A stretch of DNA of 64,000 nucleotides. It comes from a virus. Below the pieces are notes generated by a model, which was not told the origin of the DNA, did no database searches, and saw nothing but the letters and a program-made list of their open reading frames with translations. Location of the stretch: IMG/VR virus record IMGVR_UViG_3300047200_000500, positions 96,001-160,000 of that record; one strand, 5' to 3'. A program made the position numbers and the translations under genes. Shown here one piece after another: positions 8,256 to 17,981 of this stretch (positions within the stretch are counted from its first letter, which is position 1; each line of letters begins with the position of its first letter).

Positions 8256-9131
8256 ATGATTACTAAGCAAGATATTATAGTCGAAAACAAAAATGGAATA
8301 TTCCTTATTCCAGAAGGTACTGAAATAGCAGCTGTTGATCAAACTAAGGTTGATGAATATAGAAAGGCGTTTATAGATAGTATCGGTAATGCTAAAGTTG
8401 AACAATACAGAGAAAGTGAGCCATCCGAAGAACAGACTAGAGATCATCCAGGAGTTGCTGGATATGAATTCATTGTTAATACAATAAAATTTCCAATTAA
8501 TGTAAATATACAATCTGCAGCAGATATGGCTGCATTTAAAGTAGCTTTATTTGATGAGGAACAAGAATTTGGTGAAACTGATAATATTTATACTTTTATA
8601 GATAACCCAGTAGATTATGTTTCAAGAATTGAAACACTCGATTCAGATTATGGCGATGTCTATAATGGGTGGACTGAATTTGGTGTCAGTAGAGAGGGTG
8701 GAAAGTTCTATTTCAAAGGTGATTTTCAATCATCAAGTGATGATGGCAATTTTTTAAATTTCAATAATTGGGCTAAAAATAAATCATTTTCAATAACCCA
8801 AATGCCAGGTAAACCAAAGCCTGATTGGTCGAAGAAGGGTGAACCAGTTCCTAATCTTCAAGTAAGGGGTGATTCTGGCGAATCAGTCGGTGGCGTGCAA
8901 CGCCATGAAGGCAGCCACTTAGTTGATAAATCGATAAAATCATTAACTGGTGATAGAGAATATAAATTATTGAAGACTTATAAGGATTATGTTGATAATA
9001 AATATGCGAGCAAGCGTCAAGCTAGCGAATATGATAAGAAGAAATATGCGGAATTTGTGGCGCAAAAGAAAGCAGGAAAATTAAACGTTAAGGCATTAGA
9101 ATCTGCCTTGAAAGCTTTAAGAGGATATTGA
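8256..9131 (+). CDS. hypothetical protein, possible internal head protein
   Basis: 291-aa ORF; N-terminal module shared with the C-terminus of 16069..16965. Confidence 0.7.
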   Translation: MITKQDIIVENKNGIFLIPEGTEIAAVDQTKVDEYRKAFIDSIGNAKVEQYRESEPSEEQTRDHPGVAGYEFIVNTIKFPINVNIQSAADMAAFKVALFDEEQEFGETDNIYTFIDNPVDYVSRIETLDSDYGDVYNGWTEFGVSREGGKFYFKGDFQSSSDDGNFLNFNNWAKNKSFSITQMPGKPKPDWSKKGEPVPNLQVRGDSGESVGGVQRHEGSHLVDKSIKSLTGDREYKLLKTYKDYVDNKYASKRQASEYDKKKYAEFVAQKKAGKLNVKALESALKALRGY

Positions 9132-9163
9132 TTTTTATTTGTGATTAATGTATTTAATAATTA

Positions 9164-9595
9164 ATGTCAGATAATTATATTCTGTTTACAACTTCAGATC
9201 TCGTAAACGAGCTTAGAAAATATTCTAACGCTTATGCTTTAATATATGTTAAACATGATGAAGATGTTGGGCCAAATGCTATAAAAACTCAAATAAATTG
9301 TTTTGAAACTGCAAAAATGCAAGTATTTGGGCTTACTGCTAAATTAAATTGGTGGTTAAAGGACAGATTAAAACCACAAAATAAATCCAATATTGAATAT
9401 GATGATACTGCTGCTTTATCAATTAATAAAGAAGGTAAAGAAATATTAGAAATATTAAAAAGCCGATGTAATGCTGGCGTTGCTGCTATTGTGTTTAAAG
9501 ATGAACATGAAGTGTTTTTACTTAATTGGGAATCAGCAAAAGGACAGTCAATTGGTTTAGCTACTGAATTGTATGAAAAGATCATGGAGCAATAA
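9164..9595 (+). CDS. hypothetical protein with an internal two-fold repeat
   Basis: ELRKYSNAYALI...QVFGL vs ILKSRCNAGVAAI...QSIGL. Confidence 0.65.
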   Translation: MSDNYILFTTSDLVNELRKYSNAYALIYVKHDEDVGPNAIKTQINCFETAKMQVFGLTAKLNWWLKDRLKPQNKSNIEYDDTAALSINKEGKEILEILKSRCNAGVAAIVFKDEHEVFLLNWESAKGQSIGLATELYEKIMEQ

Positions 9596-10456
9596 ATGGG
9601 AGAAGGTCACGACTTGTTTATGGATTTGCAGCCAAGCTACCCAATGCGTTCTGTTGGGAAGCCAAAAATGGCTGGGCCTGAGACATGTGAAAAATGCGGA
9701 ATGGTGATGTATTATGGCAAAGAAGATCATAAATGCAGTGGATTTTCATCTCTTGCTGTGGTTGAAAAACCAAAAACTTATTTTGAAGAATTAGAAGAAG
9801 AAGCTGGCAGATATGGTGGAAAGTATGTTGGTGTATTATATCCGAAATTTATGCTTAGTGCTTATTATTATGTTCATAATGATAAATGGTCATTTTCAAA
9901 AGGTGGTAATCCAGAGACATTTATAGATCACCATCTTGGTGAATGGGTTTCTAAAATTCCTCATAAAGATGTGTATCTGCAAATATTGTCTAATTCTGTT
10001 AAAGCAGATGAGAATTTATTTAAGTTGTTATGCCTTAGACTTAACTATGCTCTTTATATTGGTAAGGAGTCTGTTTCAACTGAAATAAAGATTCATAAAA
10101 ATAAAGTTGGTCATTTATTATTTAATGAATCTACTAAAGTGGTTGATGGTGAAATTGTTTATGATGGAAAATTAGAAACTTCTAATCTTAAAGACGAAGA
10201 AATAGAAGAATGGGCAAAAAAATTCTATTCAGCTGAAGAAACTATATCGCAATCTAAATCTGGTTTACCAGAGCATATACTATACTATATCAATAATATG
10301 TTGCTTGAATATGGATATAAATTAAATCCAGATGGTGAAGCCGTTTATCAAGAATTAAATAAATTAAATAGAGTTTTTATTGAAGAAGGATTAGTAGCTA
10401 GAGTTGCGTTCTTGACCATAATATCATCAATAAAAGAAACAAAGAGGATATCATGA
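9596..10456 (+). CDS. hypothetical protein with an N-terminal CxxC...HxC Zn-finger
   Basis: CEKC...DHKC; abuts its neighbours. Confidence 0.65.
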   Translation: MGEGHDLFMDLQPSYPMRSVGKPKMAGPETCEKCGMVMYYGKEDHKCSGFSSLAVVEKPKTYFEELEEEAGRYGGKYVGVLYPKFMLSAYYYVHNDKWSFSKGGNPETFIDHHLGEWVSKIPHKDVYLQILSNSVKADENLFKLLCLRLNYALYIGKESVSTEIKIHKNKVGHLLFNESTKVVDGEIVYDGKLETSNLKDEEIEEWAKKFYSAEETISQSKSGLPEHILYYINNMLLEYGYKLNPDGEAVYQELNKLNRVFIEEGLVARVAFLTIISSIKETKRIS

Positions 10457-10932
10457 ATATCACAAATGGTATGAATGACGCCATGGAGAAACTGGGCATG
10501 AAAATAGGTGACGCTATTAAAATTACCGCACCATTCAAGGGGTCGAAAAAAGACTTCATTGGAAAATTTGGATTCATAGAGGAAGATGCTGGACTCATAC
10601 AAGGTGTGAAGCATTATATAGTGATATTATTGGAAAATGATGGTATTCCATTTGGTAATGGTCCAGTTCCTATTTCATCTATCGAATTAACGGATGATCC
10701 AATTGCTTTAAATGCTTATAAGATTTTTAATGAAAATATTAAAAAAATAATGGAAAATACTAAATCACAGGCTATTGATATTGACAAGGGTTTAGAAGAA
10801 TTATCAAAGAAGCATAATTTATCAATTGCCAAACTTAGAGAGATATATACCGATGTATTTGAACTCACCAAGGGAATAATTTATGAGAATCAAGATCAAG
10901 GAAAACAAGAAAAGCAAGAAGATAAGAGATGA
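10453..10932 (+). CDS. hypothetical protein
   Basis: ATGA overlap with the upstream gene. Confidence 0.6.
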   Translation: MNITNGMNDAMEKLGMKIGDAIKITAPFKGSKKDFIGKFGFIEEDAGLIQGVKHYIVILLENDGIPFGNGPVPISSIELTDDPIALNAYKIFNENIKKIMENTKSQAIDIDKGLEELSKKHNLSIAKLREIYTDVFELTKGIIYENQDQGKQEKQEDKR

Positions 10933-11164
10933 TGCAATTAATGCAAAAAGGTTTATAAGACTTGATGTTGGTGGTCGTGATATATATGAATCAGTCTATA
11001 AATTTATTGAAGACAATATTATTGCAAAGGGTGGTGCCATGGGCAAAGATACCAAGCGGTTAACTGCCAAAGCAATCATTGACTTTGCTAATATTCAATT
11101 AAACGGAGTGCGTAAGCGTTCTAAACCACGGCTCGATGCCATTATAAATCATTGTTCTGAATGA
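10883..11164 (+). CDS. hypothetical protein
   Basis: SD-like AAGGGA; ATGA-coupled to the next gene. Confidence 0.5.
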   Translation: MRIKIKENKKSKKIRDDAINAKRFIRLDVGGRDIYESVYKFIEDNIIAKGGAMGKDTKRLTAKAIIDFANIQLNGVRKRSKPRLDAIINHCSE

Positions 11165-11445
11165 AAATCGCCCATATAGATCTATACTTTCATCTCCCAG
11201 ATGATCACGATGATAATGATTTAATAGTTTTATTAGAACAAATCATAGAATATAAACTAATTAATCAAAATAAAACAGAAAAATCACCAGTTGTAGATGA
11301 ACTTAAAAACACTAAATCAATTAGTAAATACGGATACGATGTAATGATGTACAATAAGTTTATGAAATCAGTTAAGGAAAAAGGCTATAAGTTGTGCGGA
11401 GATGTTAGATTTATTAACGCTATGTCTGATAAGATAAACCTTTAG
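11161..11445 (+). CDS. hypothetical protein
   Basis: ORF within the co-directional cluster. Confidence 0.55.
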   Translation: MKIAHIDLYFHLPDDHDDNDLIVLLEQIIEYKLINQNKTEKSPVVDELKNTKSISKYGYDVMMYNKFMKSVKEKGYKLCGDVRFINAMSDKINL

Positions 11446-11454
11446 GAGAATAAC

Positions 11455-11670
11455 ATGCATGGTCACGTCCACATTTTTGAATTACCAGATAATTCAAAAC
11501 TCGCTTGCTATAATATTCAATTTATGAATAAAGATGAGCTTGGAATAATTAAACTAGCTCTTGATAAGGTAATGCCTAAAGACAGAAATGAAGTTTATAA
11601 TAATGTTGTCGCTACTGTTAATAATATAATTATTGATGGTGTAAAAGCCACATCACCTAAAATTCCTTAA
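11455..11670 (+). CDS. hypothetical protein
   Basis: SD AGGAG. Confidence 0.6.
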   Translation: MHGHVHIFELPDNSKLACYNIQFMNKDELGIIKLALDKVMPKDRNEVYNNVVATVNNIIIDGVKATSPKIP

Positions 11671-11766
11671 AGAATATATTAACTAAACAAAATTCCCTGT
11701 TAAAAAATAATATCAGCAATTCTGCTGATGTTTATAACAATGAGACTATAACCCCAGGAGGTAAAA

Positions 11767-12216
11767 ATGTCTCTTCAAAGTGGCGATGTGCTTCGTGGTT
11801 CTGTTAAACGCTTCAATTCCAAGCGTGGATTTGGCTTTGTCCAAATCACTGGTGAATCGACCAGTGAAGAGGATGATGTTTTTGTTCACCAGTCTGATAT
11901 TGACATGGAGGGGTTCAGATCCCTTAATGTTGGTGAGGATGTGGAATTCACTCTTGAGATTACTGCCGAGAATATGCTTAAGGCAAAATCGGTGAAGCTC
12001 ATTAGTGTTCGTGTTCCATCTGCCCCTTCCTCCCATCATACTTCTTATCAGTCACCTCGTGGTGCTGGTGGGCCTCTTGTTGATGCTGGACAGCGTGCTT
12101 TGGTTCGCACAGAACGTTTGGAACGTCAGATGAAGAAGCTGATTGAGATTCTGACGCGTGACAATGATGGTGTAGTCCTGGAATCCCAGGATGTCCAGGA
12201 AATCTATACCGCCTAA
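11767..12216 (+). CDS. cold-shock domain protein with a C-terminal extension
   Basis: GSVKRFNSKRGFGFV (RNP1), DVFVHQSDI (RNP2), GFRSLNVGEDVEF; SD AGGAGG. Confidence 0.92.
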   Translation: MSLQSGDVLRGSVKRFNSKRGFGFVQITGESTSEEDDVFVHQSDIDMEGFRSLNVGEDVEFTLEITAENMLKAKSVKLISVRVPSAPSSHHTSYQSPRGAGGPLVDAGQRALVRTERLERQMKKLIEILTRDNDGVVLESQDVQEIYTA

Positions 12217-12234
12217 ATCCCCTCGCGTGTGATC

Positions 12235-12273
12235 GTTCAGCCGTGGCATAAAACCCACGGCTGAACTGTTTTT
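12235..12273 (+). terminator. rho-independent terminator
   Basis: 12-bp stem GTTCAGCCGTGG/CCACGGCTGAAC followed by TGTTTTT. Confidence 0.88.
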
Positions 12274-12324
12274 ATATATTAAATAATTTACAAAGTCTGT
12301 TAAAAAATATTGAAGGAAATCAAA

Positions 12325-12849
12325 ATGCTCAAGCCTCTCATCTTTTCCCTTATCCTTATCTCTGCTTGCTTTGCGGCGGAAGATAAAGCTCTGCTTCCCG
12401 CATCTGCTGCGACAGCCATGAAGACATATGAGGCCGAACTGGCAAAGGCCAAGGCCGAGTATGACAAGCGGGAGGAAACAGCCAGGAAGGCGTTACTCCC
12501 AGCTTTGGCGAAGGCCAAGGATGCAGAAATGAAGGCCAATAACCTGGAAGGGGCATTGGCAATCAAGAAGAAGATTGAAGAGTTTTCCGATCAACCAACA
12601 AATAGTGTTGTTATAATTTCAGCATCTTATGGATTTACAAAGGACAATACCGTAAATGCACTAAAATATATAATTGAAAAGACTGAGAATGGCACCAAGC
12701 CATATATTGATCATGATAATGCATGGAAGATAATTGGTAATCCAGCCCCTCGCGATCCTAAAGGGTTTTTCATTAAGTACAAGATTAACGGTAAAATAAT
12801 TGAAAAGAGATTTGGTGAAAATGATACTATAGAGTTCAAGGCTGAATGA
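12325..12849 (+). CDS. secreted protein: signal peptide, helical domain and lectin-like (DUF3395/SUEL-like) C-domain
   Basis: MLKPLIFSLILISACFA signal; VIISASYG...GNPAP...IKYKING motif; SD AAGGA. Confidence 0.6.
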   Translation: MLKPLIFSLILISACFAAEDKALLPASAATAMKTYEAELAKAKAEYDKREETARKALLPALAKAKDAEMKANNLEGALAIKKKIEEFSDQPTNSVVIISASYGFTKDNTVNALKYIIEKTENGTKPYIDHDNAWKIIGNPAPRDPKGFFIKYKINGKIIEKRFGENDTIEFKAE

Positions 12850-13564
12850 AATGATCAAAATCAGCCTGCATTAATTTTTTATTATAAGTATAATGAATTA
12901 ATATACCGTTTTTACGTGGTATTTTATTATGAGGAAATCCTATTTTCCCAAGATCCCATTCTTTACACGGAATCAACTGTTTTCTAATTAAAAAATTAAA
13001 TGCAGCTTGATCGAGAAAATGTTTAATTTTTTTATTACAATGTTTTTTAACTTTTAAAATATTTTTCCATACATTAAATAATTGATATATTAACCCACTG
13101 TTTATACAAAATGATCCTGAATTTATGCCATTTTTATTTTTAAAAATCATTTTTTCATCATCGTTAAAATAAATCATATTGCCATCACTGTTCCATTGTT
13201 CTTCGGTATACAATAAGCAGTCACATGCTTTAAATAATTCTTGTATTGGTTTTACACAAATAATGTCGGCATCTAGATACATTATTTGTTTGTATTTCTT
13301 AAAATTTATGAAATTATCCGCGTGCATTCTGAGCAATATTGGTTTTATATCAGTATTTGTTATTATTGTTTCTGATTTTAATTTTAAATGTTCTTTATCT
13401 ATTAAACAAATAATGTCATCTTTATACTTTCCGTTTTTTCTTAAAGAATCAATTAACATATTTGCTTGAATTTGATATTCCGATCCAAATGCTACAATAT
13501 AAATTAAATTTTTTATACCTGTTTGTTTGTCTATACTATCCAAATATTTTGATGTAAATGTCAT
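12836..13564 (-). CDS. GT-A glycosyltransferase (GT8-like)
   Basis: MYLDADI DxD, INSG, DQAAFN, LIHY. Confidence 0.85.
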   Translation of the reverse strand: MTFTSKYLDSIDKQTGIKNLIYIVAFGSEYQIQANMLIDSLRKNGKYKDDIICLIDKEHLKLKSETIITNTDIKPILLRMHADNFINFKKYKQIMYLDADIICVKPIQELFKACDCLLYTEEQWNSDGNMIYFNDDEKMIFKNKNGINSGSFCINSGLIYQLFNVWKNILKVKKHCNKKIKHFLDQAAFNFLIRKQLIPCKEWDLGKIGFPHNKIPRKNGILIHYTYNKKLMQADFDHFIQP

Positions 13565-14274
13565 TATTTGATCATATTTTTCATTCTGTTTAATTTTTCT
13601 TGAGGGCTACCCATCAAAAAGTGAAAAACGGCCCCATTCGGTTTGTTATTAAATAACCATTTTTCTGAACTTACCAAATCAATTTTAAACTCATGATAAT
13701 CATGTTTGATCATCATGAGTTTATTAAATGCGGCTTGATCGATTCCTGGAGTTTCCATTTTATTATCTATAATATTTCTCCATTCTTCAAAAAAATTAAT
13801 TTTAGTAATGAATAATCCAGCATTTATTGTGTATCTATCTTTATATCTATTGAATTCTTCATCAGTCATGCATGAGGTATGCAACCACCTTAATCTTGAA
13901 TAACATTGGCCTATTTTCTTTCTTTGTATTGTTACACCAATGTCTTTATTTTTAATATCCCACAATTCATTAAATCTAGATAGCGGTATGGCATCGGCAT
14001 CAATATACATGATTTTATCATAATTTTTTATGTTGATATATTTATCTATGCACATTCTACCTATGATTGGATTTCCAACATATTTATAAATTTTTACATC
14101 ATGTATTGATACATCACAATCAGTTAATAATATTATATCTCCAGAATGAAATTTTTTTAATTGTTCAATATTTATTTTTACTAAATCAAGATACCTACCA
14201 TTCGCGCAATAATACACTAATCTTTTTTCAATTTTGTTGTTAATATTTGATAAATATTTTGTTGTAAAATTCAT
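13564..14274 (-). CDS. GT-A glycosyltransferase (GT8-like), tandem paralogue
   Basis: MYIDADA DxD, INAG, DQAAFN, VFHF; N-terminus MNFTTKYL vs MTFTSKYL. Confidence 0.85.
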   Translation of the reverse strand: MNFTTKYLSNINNKIEKRLVYYCANGRYLDLVKINIEQLKKFHSGDIILLTDCDVSIHDVKIYKYVGNPIIGRMCIDKYINIKNYDKIMYIDADAIPLSRFNELWDIKNKDIGVTIQRKKIGQCYSRLRWLHTSCMTDEEFNRYKDRYTINAGLFITKINFFEEWRNIIDNKMETPGIDQAAFNKLMMIKHDYHEFKIDLVSSEKWLFNNKPNGAVFHFLMGSPQEKLNRMKNMIK

Positions 14275-14330
14275 ATAAACTTGGCTTATGAAAATTATGT
14301 TTTATCAATTACCAATTAACAAGCAACTTA

Positions 14331-14984
14331 TTATGCTGATACTAATCTTCCACTGATCGCTTTTTGGTTATTAAATGCTCTTTTAAAACCAAAACGTTTA
14401 GCTTTATAATTGCTTTGATCATCTGAATTAAGCTTTTCCCATTTTTCTTTTTCATCTATTAGAGAAAATGCTAATTGTTTGAAATCTGTATTCATGATTA
14501 TTGATGACAATTTTATAGCTGCATTGTGAATATCATCATAATTGTACGAATCATGTTCAATGTGAATCAATTCAAAACAGTTGGCATCATCTATATAATC
14601 AACTGAAAAATCAATGCCATATTTTGATTTTATTGCTAATAACTTTTTTAATTCTGGACGTTTCTTACACAAATTTTCAATTTGTTTTCTTGCTTCTCCT
14701 TCATATGAATATCGATGTGAAATTAAGCTATGATCAAGGACGATAGAACATTTATGAGTTTGATATACCCAATTATCACAAACACTGGTGTGATTTAAAC
14801 AGTGACCAAGTTGGATATTAAAGTGATTATGAATACTCCGTTCTAAAACTGTAAGTTCGTAGCCGTCACGATCAAAATAATTTAAATGTTCGAACAATAA
14901 AAGGTCTTCTGGAATTGGATCTTTGAATGAGATATTCTCTCTGAAGTCTGATTTGTGGAATTTGAAAATGTCTTGGCCAAGCAT
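14331..14984 (-). CDS. hypothetical phage protein
   Basis: Long ORF; probable start at 14984 (MLGQD) preceded by the GTATTT motif. Confidence 0.65.
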   Translation of the reverse strand: MLGQDIFKFHKSDFRENISFKDPIPEDLLLFEHLNYFDRDGYELTVLERSIHNHFNIQLGHCLNHTSVCDNWVYQTHKCSIVLDHSLISHRYSYEGEARKQIENLCKKRPELKKLLAIKSKYGIDFSVDYIDDANCFELIHIEHDSYNYDDIHNAAIKLSSIIMNTDFKQLAFSLIDEKEKWEKLNSDDQSNYKAKRFGFKRAFNNQKAISGRLVSA

Positions 14985-15030
14985 ATTTTTTAAATACTCA
15001 CCACAATTATAGTTCGCGTAAATATAAATC

Positions 15031-15648
15031 ATGCAATTTAATGAATTAAAAGTCTTACTTGAACAAAAATCTACTACGGCAATTAACCAATTGCTAAAGT
15101 TTAAATTTAGTAATTTATTAGATGTAGAAGATATTAAAAAAAGAGTGGTAAAAGAATTTTGTTTAAAAAATGGATATAAGTTGTGCGTTCTTAAAGAAGA
15201 TATTATTGAAGCTGTAATGTCTAGTAAATCAGATGAAATAACGAATTATTTTGAAAGTAAAGGCTTCACAGTTGTTAAAGAAGAGAAATCTAAAGTTATT
15301 ACTGAGGAGAAATCTAAAGTTATTACTGAGGAAATGAATCCTGATTATAAGTCAGAAATGGCTAAATGGGACGTTAATGATCCTCGTAGAAGACTTGGCC
15401 CTGCTCTTGAATCAGAGTTTGCCAAAGCTGCTGTTATAAATGATACTTTAAATTTTGAAGAACCAGATCAAAATGACCAGAGATTTCCTTGGTTTAAGAA
15501 AATACCCCTTAATCATTATGATTTAGCTTGCCCATATTGTAATGCTGTAATGCGTGAAAAAGAATATAGTTTTAAGTATGATGGAGAAAATAAATGCTGG
15601 ACCCATAATTGTAAACCAGATGCAAACATATTAATGCCGCCAAGGTAA
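15031..15648 (+). CDS. hypothetical protein, possible head protein, with a C-terminal Zn ribbon
   Basis: LLE/LKE/IIE/ITEE protease-type motifs; CPYC...HNC. Confidence 0.65.
   Translation: MQFNELKVLLEQKSTTAINQLLKFKFSNLLDVEDIKKRVVKEFCLKNGYKLCVLKEDIIEAVMSSKSDEITNYFESKGFTVVKEEKSKVITEEKSKVITEEMNPDYKSEMAKWDVNDPRRRLGPALESEFAKAAVINDTLNFEEPDQNDQRFPWFKKIPLNHYDLACPYCNAVMREKEYSFKYDGENKCWTHNCKPDANILMPPR
15283..15330 (+). repeat. 24-bp perfect tandem duplication (EKSKVITE x2)
   Basis: GAGAAATCTAAAGTTATTACTGAG twice. Confidence 0.9.
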
Positions 15649-15674
15649 TTGTTATAAAATTGTAGAGGTGATTT

Positions 15675-16055
15675 ATGATGATTTGCATAGATAAAGAAAA
15701 TGAAACAGGCACTAAGATACTTGTTGATAATAATAGCTACAGAGTGACTGTATGCGATCAGAGTAACAAGTATAGTAATGACTATGAAACGGCAATTTCT
15801 AATAAGTCGTTATTTGCCATGATTAATGGTAAAATTAGACAGATGACTGTAACTGCAGAAACCATCAGATGGTTGATTGCCCACAGTAAGACTGTTGATG
15901 CTATTAGACTTGAAATGAGTGAAGCAAATAAATGTCCTTTGTCATCGGTTAATGCTTCTGATGGTGTGAAAAAATTACAAGAAGAGTTAAAGGAACATGG
16001 TTGGACTAATAAGAAATTGAACGAGATATATGAAAAAGCATATTTAATGGGGTAG
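15675..16055 (+). CDS. hypothetical protein
   Basis: SD GAGGTG. Confidence 0.65.
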   Translation: MMICIDKENETGTKILVDNNSYRVTVCDQSNKYSNDYETAISNKSLFAMINGKIRQMTVTAETIRWLIAHSKTVDAIRLEMSEANKCPLSSVNASDGVKKLQEELKEHGWTNKKLNEIYEKAYLMG

Positions 16056-16068
16056 TCAAATTTAAAAT

Positions 16069-16965
16069 ATGCGTTCAAAATTAGTATTATTATTTGAAGC
16101 ATCATTTGAAAATAGAGATGCTATAATTGGTCTTGAAAAGGTATTAAAAAGTAGTGGATATTCACATTCAAAACTTAATGATATTTATGATCTAGCTGTT
16201 AGTAAAAACAAGGAATTAAACAAAGAAGAACATGGTGGAATGCGTCCATCATTTGGACAAACTAGTAAGCCAATATCTAAGAAACCAATAGACGAAATTC
16301 ATAAAGAATTGCTTCAAGCTGAAGTTAATAAAATTAAAAAGGCTGAAGATTTAACTAATAATGATGAATATGGAATTGGCAGTAATAAAGAAGAAATAAC
16401 TGATTCTGACATTCCAGGTTCACTTCCAACCGTTTCATATAATGATGGGAATACACCAGGAATAGTTAAAGATAAGTCTATCAGAGATGAAGGTGTTATT
16501 GATTCACTAAAACTGTTAGCGACCAATCTTGGGCCAATGGGCAGAGATAAGGCCATAGTATTAGCTGCTAGATTCGATATTGACAGTGAATTGATTGAGG
16601 CAGCTGGTCTTGGTACTTTACCCCCTAATTATACCGATGAGGATGTTTGGAACATATTAAAATTATCAGCTAATGGAAAGAAAAAATTTATTGATGGTGT
16701 ATGGCAGCCTTTTTATATTGAAGCACTTGAAGATGTGAAAGAATTACCTGGGGATGTTAGAGATCACATTGTTGAACTCCTGACATCACAAGAGCCTAGA
16801 GATATTACTTATCCAAGTGTGAATAAAGATTCATTAGTTGATGATCCCGCAAGAAATCAAGGGGTTAGAAAAGTATATGAGGCTAAATTGGTCGAGGATT
16901 TAGTAATAGAGTCAGAAAATGGCATAAGAATCATATCAACTGGCGCTAGAATAGTAGTAGGATAA
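16069..16965 (+). CDS. hypothetical protein, possible internal head protein
   Basis: MRSKLVLLFE N-terminus; acidic. Confidence 0.7.
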   Translation: MRSKLVLLFEASFENRDAIIGLEKVLKSSGYSHSKLNDIYDLAVSKNKELNKEEHGGMRPSFGQTSKPISKKPIDEIHKELLQAEVNKIKKAEDLTNNDEYGIGSNKEEITDSDIPGSLPTVSYNDGNTPGIVKDKSIRDEGVIDSLKLLATNLGPMGRDKAIVLAARFDIDSELIEAAGLGTLPPNYTDEDVWNILKLSANGKKKFIDGVWQPFYIEALEDVKELPGDVRDHIVELLTSQEPRDITYPSVNKDSLVDDPARNQGVRKVYEAKLVEDLVIESENGIRIISTGARIVVG

Positions 16966-16966
16966 T

Positions 16967-17323
16967 ATGAAACTATCTACAATAAATGAATCAACAGATA
17001 TAACTGGTAAATTAGACCCGTTAATATCCAAGTATGACGAATTGAGAATTAAAGCTACTGATGAAATGGCAGATCTTCATTATGAATTAATTGTTGATAA
17101 TCTTAGAGGCATTAATACTATTGAGGGATTAAAAAAGTTTTTAAAAACGATACACAATAGTTTGAATAATGAATTGAATGAACTTAATAAAATTAGATCA
17201 ATGATTAAACCAAAAGATACTTTCGAATTTAGTGCGTTTGAAAGTAGGATGAACTCTTATAATAGAGCTATCACCACATATGAAGATATTATTAATTTTG
17301 GAAAGAGTGTTAAATTTTGGTGA
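16967..17323 (+). CDS. hypothetical protein, possible internal head protein
   Basis: MKLSTINE N-terminus. Confidence 0.65.
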   Translation: MKLSTINESTDITGKLDPLISKYDELRIKATDEMADLHYELIVDNLRGINTIEGLKKFLKTIHNSLNNELNELNKIRSMIKPKDTFEFSAFESRMNSYNRAITTYEDIINFGKSVKFW

Positions 17324-17923
17324 TCAAAATGGCAATTTTGTAGGTGCTTCAATTTTTGGTTGACTAGCACGCCATCCAATTGCTTCTACTTCCTTAACAC
17401 GTTCCTCTTCCTCTTCATTTTCTTTTTTGATCATTTGTATTCTGTAATGGTTTATATACATTGTCTCAAGAATATCGTTACGTGCTACCCAAATTGAGAA
17501 TGCTAATGTGCAAAGTGTAATAAAAGAAAACAGACATAAAATGAACACATTATCAGGAAGAAAAGCTCCAGAATTAGCAATGTTTTCGCTAATTGGATTG
17601 TGAAAACTATAAAATGTGTCTTTACAACCCTTAGCGTAATTTATGAAATTAAGCAGCATAATTAAGAAAAATACCCAGAATACACCATATGATGCATAAC
17701 ACAGAAATGCTAATGGCCCAATAAATCCAAATATTCCGCTCTTGCCATATGGAGCCATAACATCAAACCATGGACGCCTATATTCCTTGGGTAATTTAGC
17801 CCATATATGGCACTTTATTGGTATTATAATTAATAGATGAGTTAATACCCCACATACAAATCCGGCAATCGCAATTGCACCAAGTTGGCCCCATCCACTC
17901 TTCTTTTTGTCATCTTCGCTCAT
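17324..17923 (-). CDS. membrane protein (3-4 TM segments)
   Basis: Hydrophobic segments; SD GAGGG on the minus strand. Confidence 0.75.
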   Translation of the reverse strand: MSEDDKKKSGWGQLGAIAIAGFVCGVLTHLLIIIPIKCHIWAKLPKEYRRPWFDVMAPYGKSGIFGFIGPLAFLCYASYGVFWVFFLIMLLNFINYAKGCKDTFYSFHNPISENIANSGAFLPDNVFILCLFSFITLCTLAFSIWVARNDILETMYINHYRIQMIKKENEEEEERVKEVEAIGWRASQPKIEAPTKLPF

Positions 17924-17981
17924 AAAATTCCCTCTCTATAATTTTATAACAAATAAATAGTTTGGGTTAAATATAATACAG

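Noticed and set aside
15030-15033. Second head-to-head CATG start overlap (14331..15032 and 15031..15648)
   Set aside because: The minus-strand gene more plausibly starts at 14984, after its own GTATTT motif
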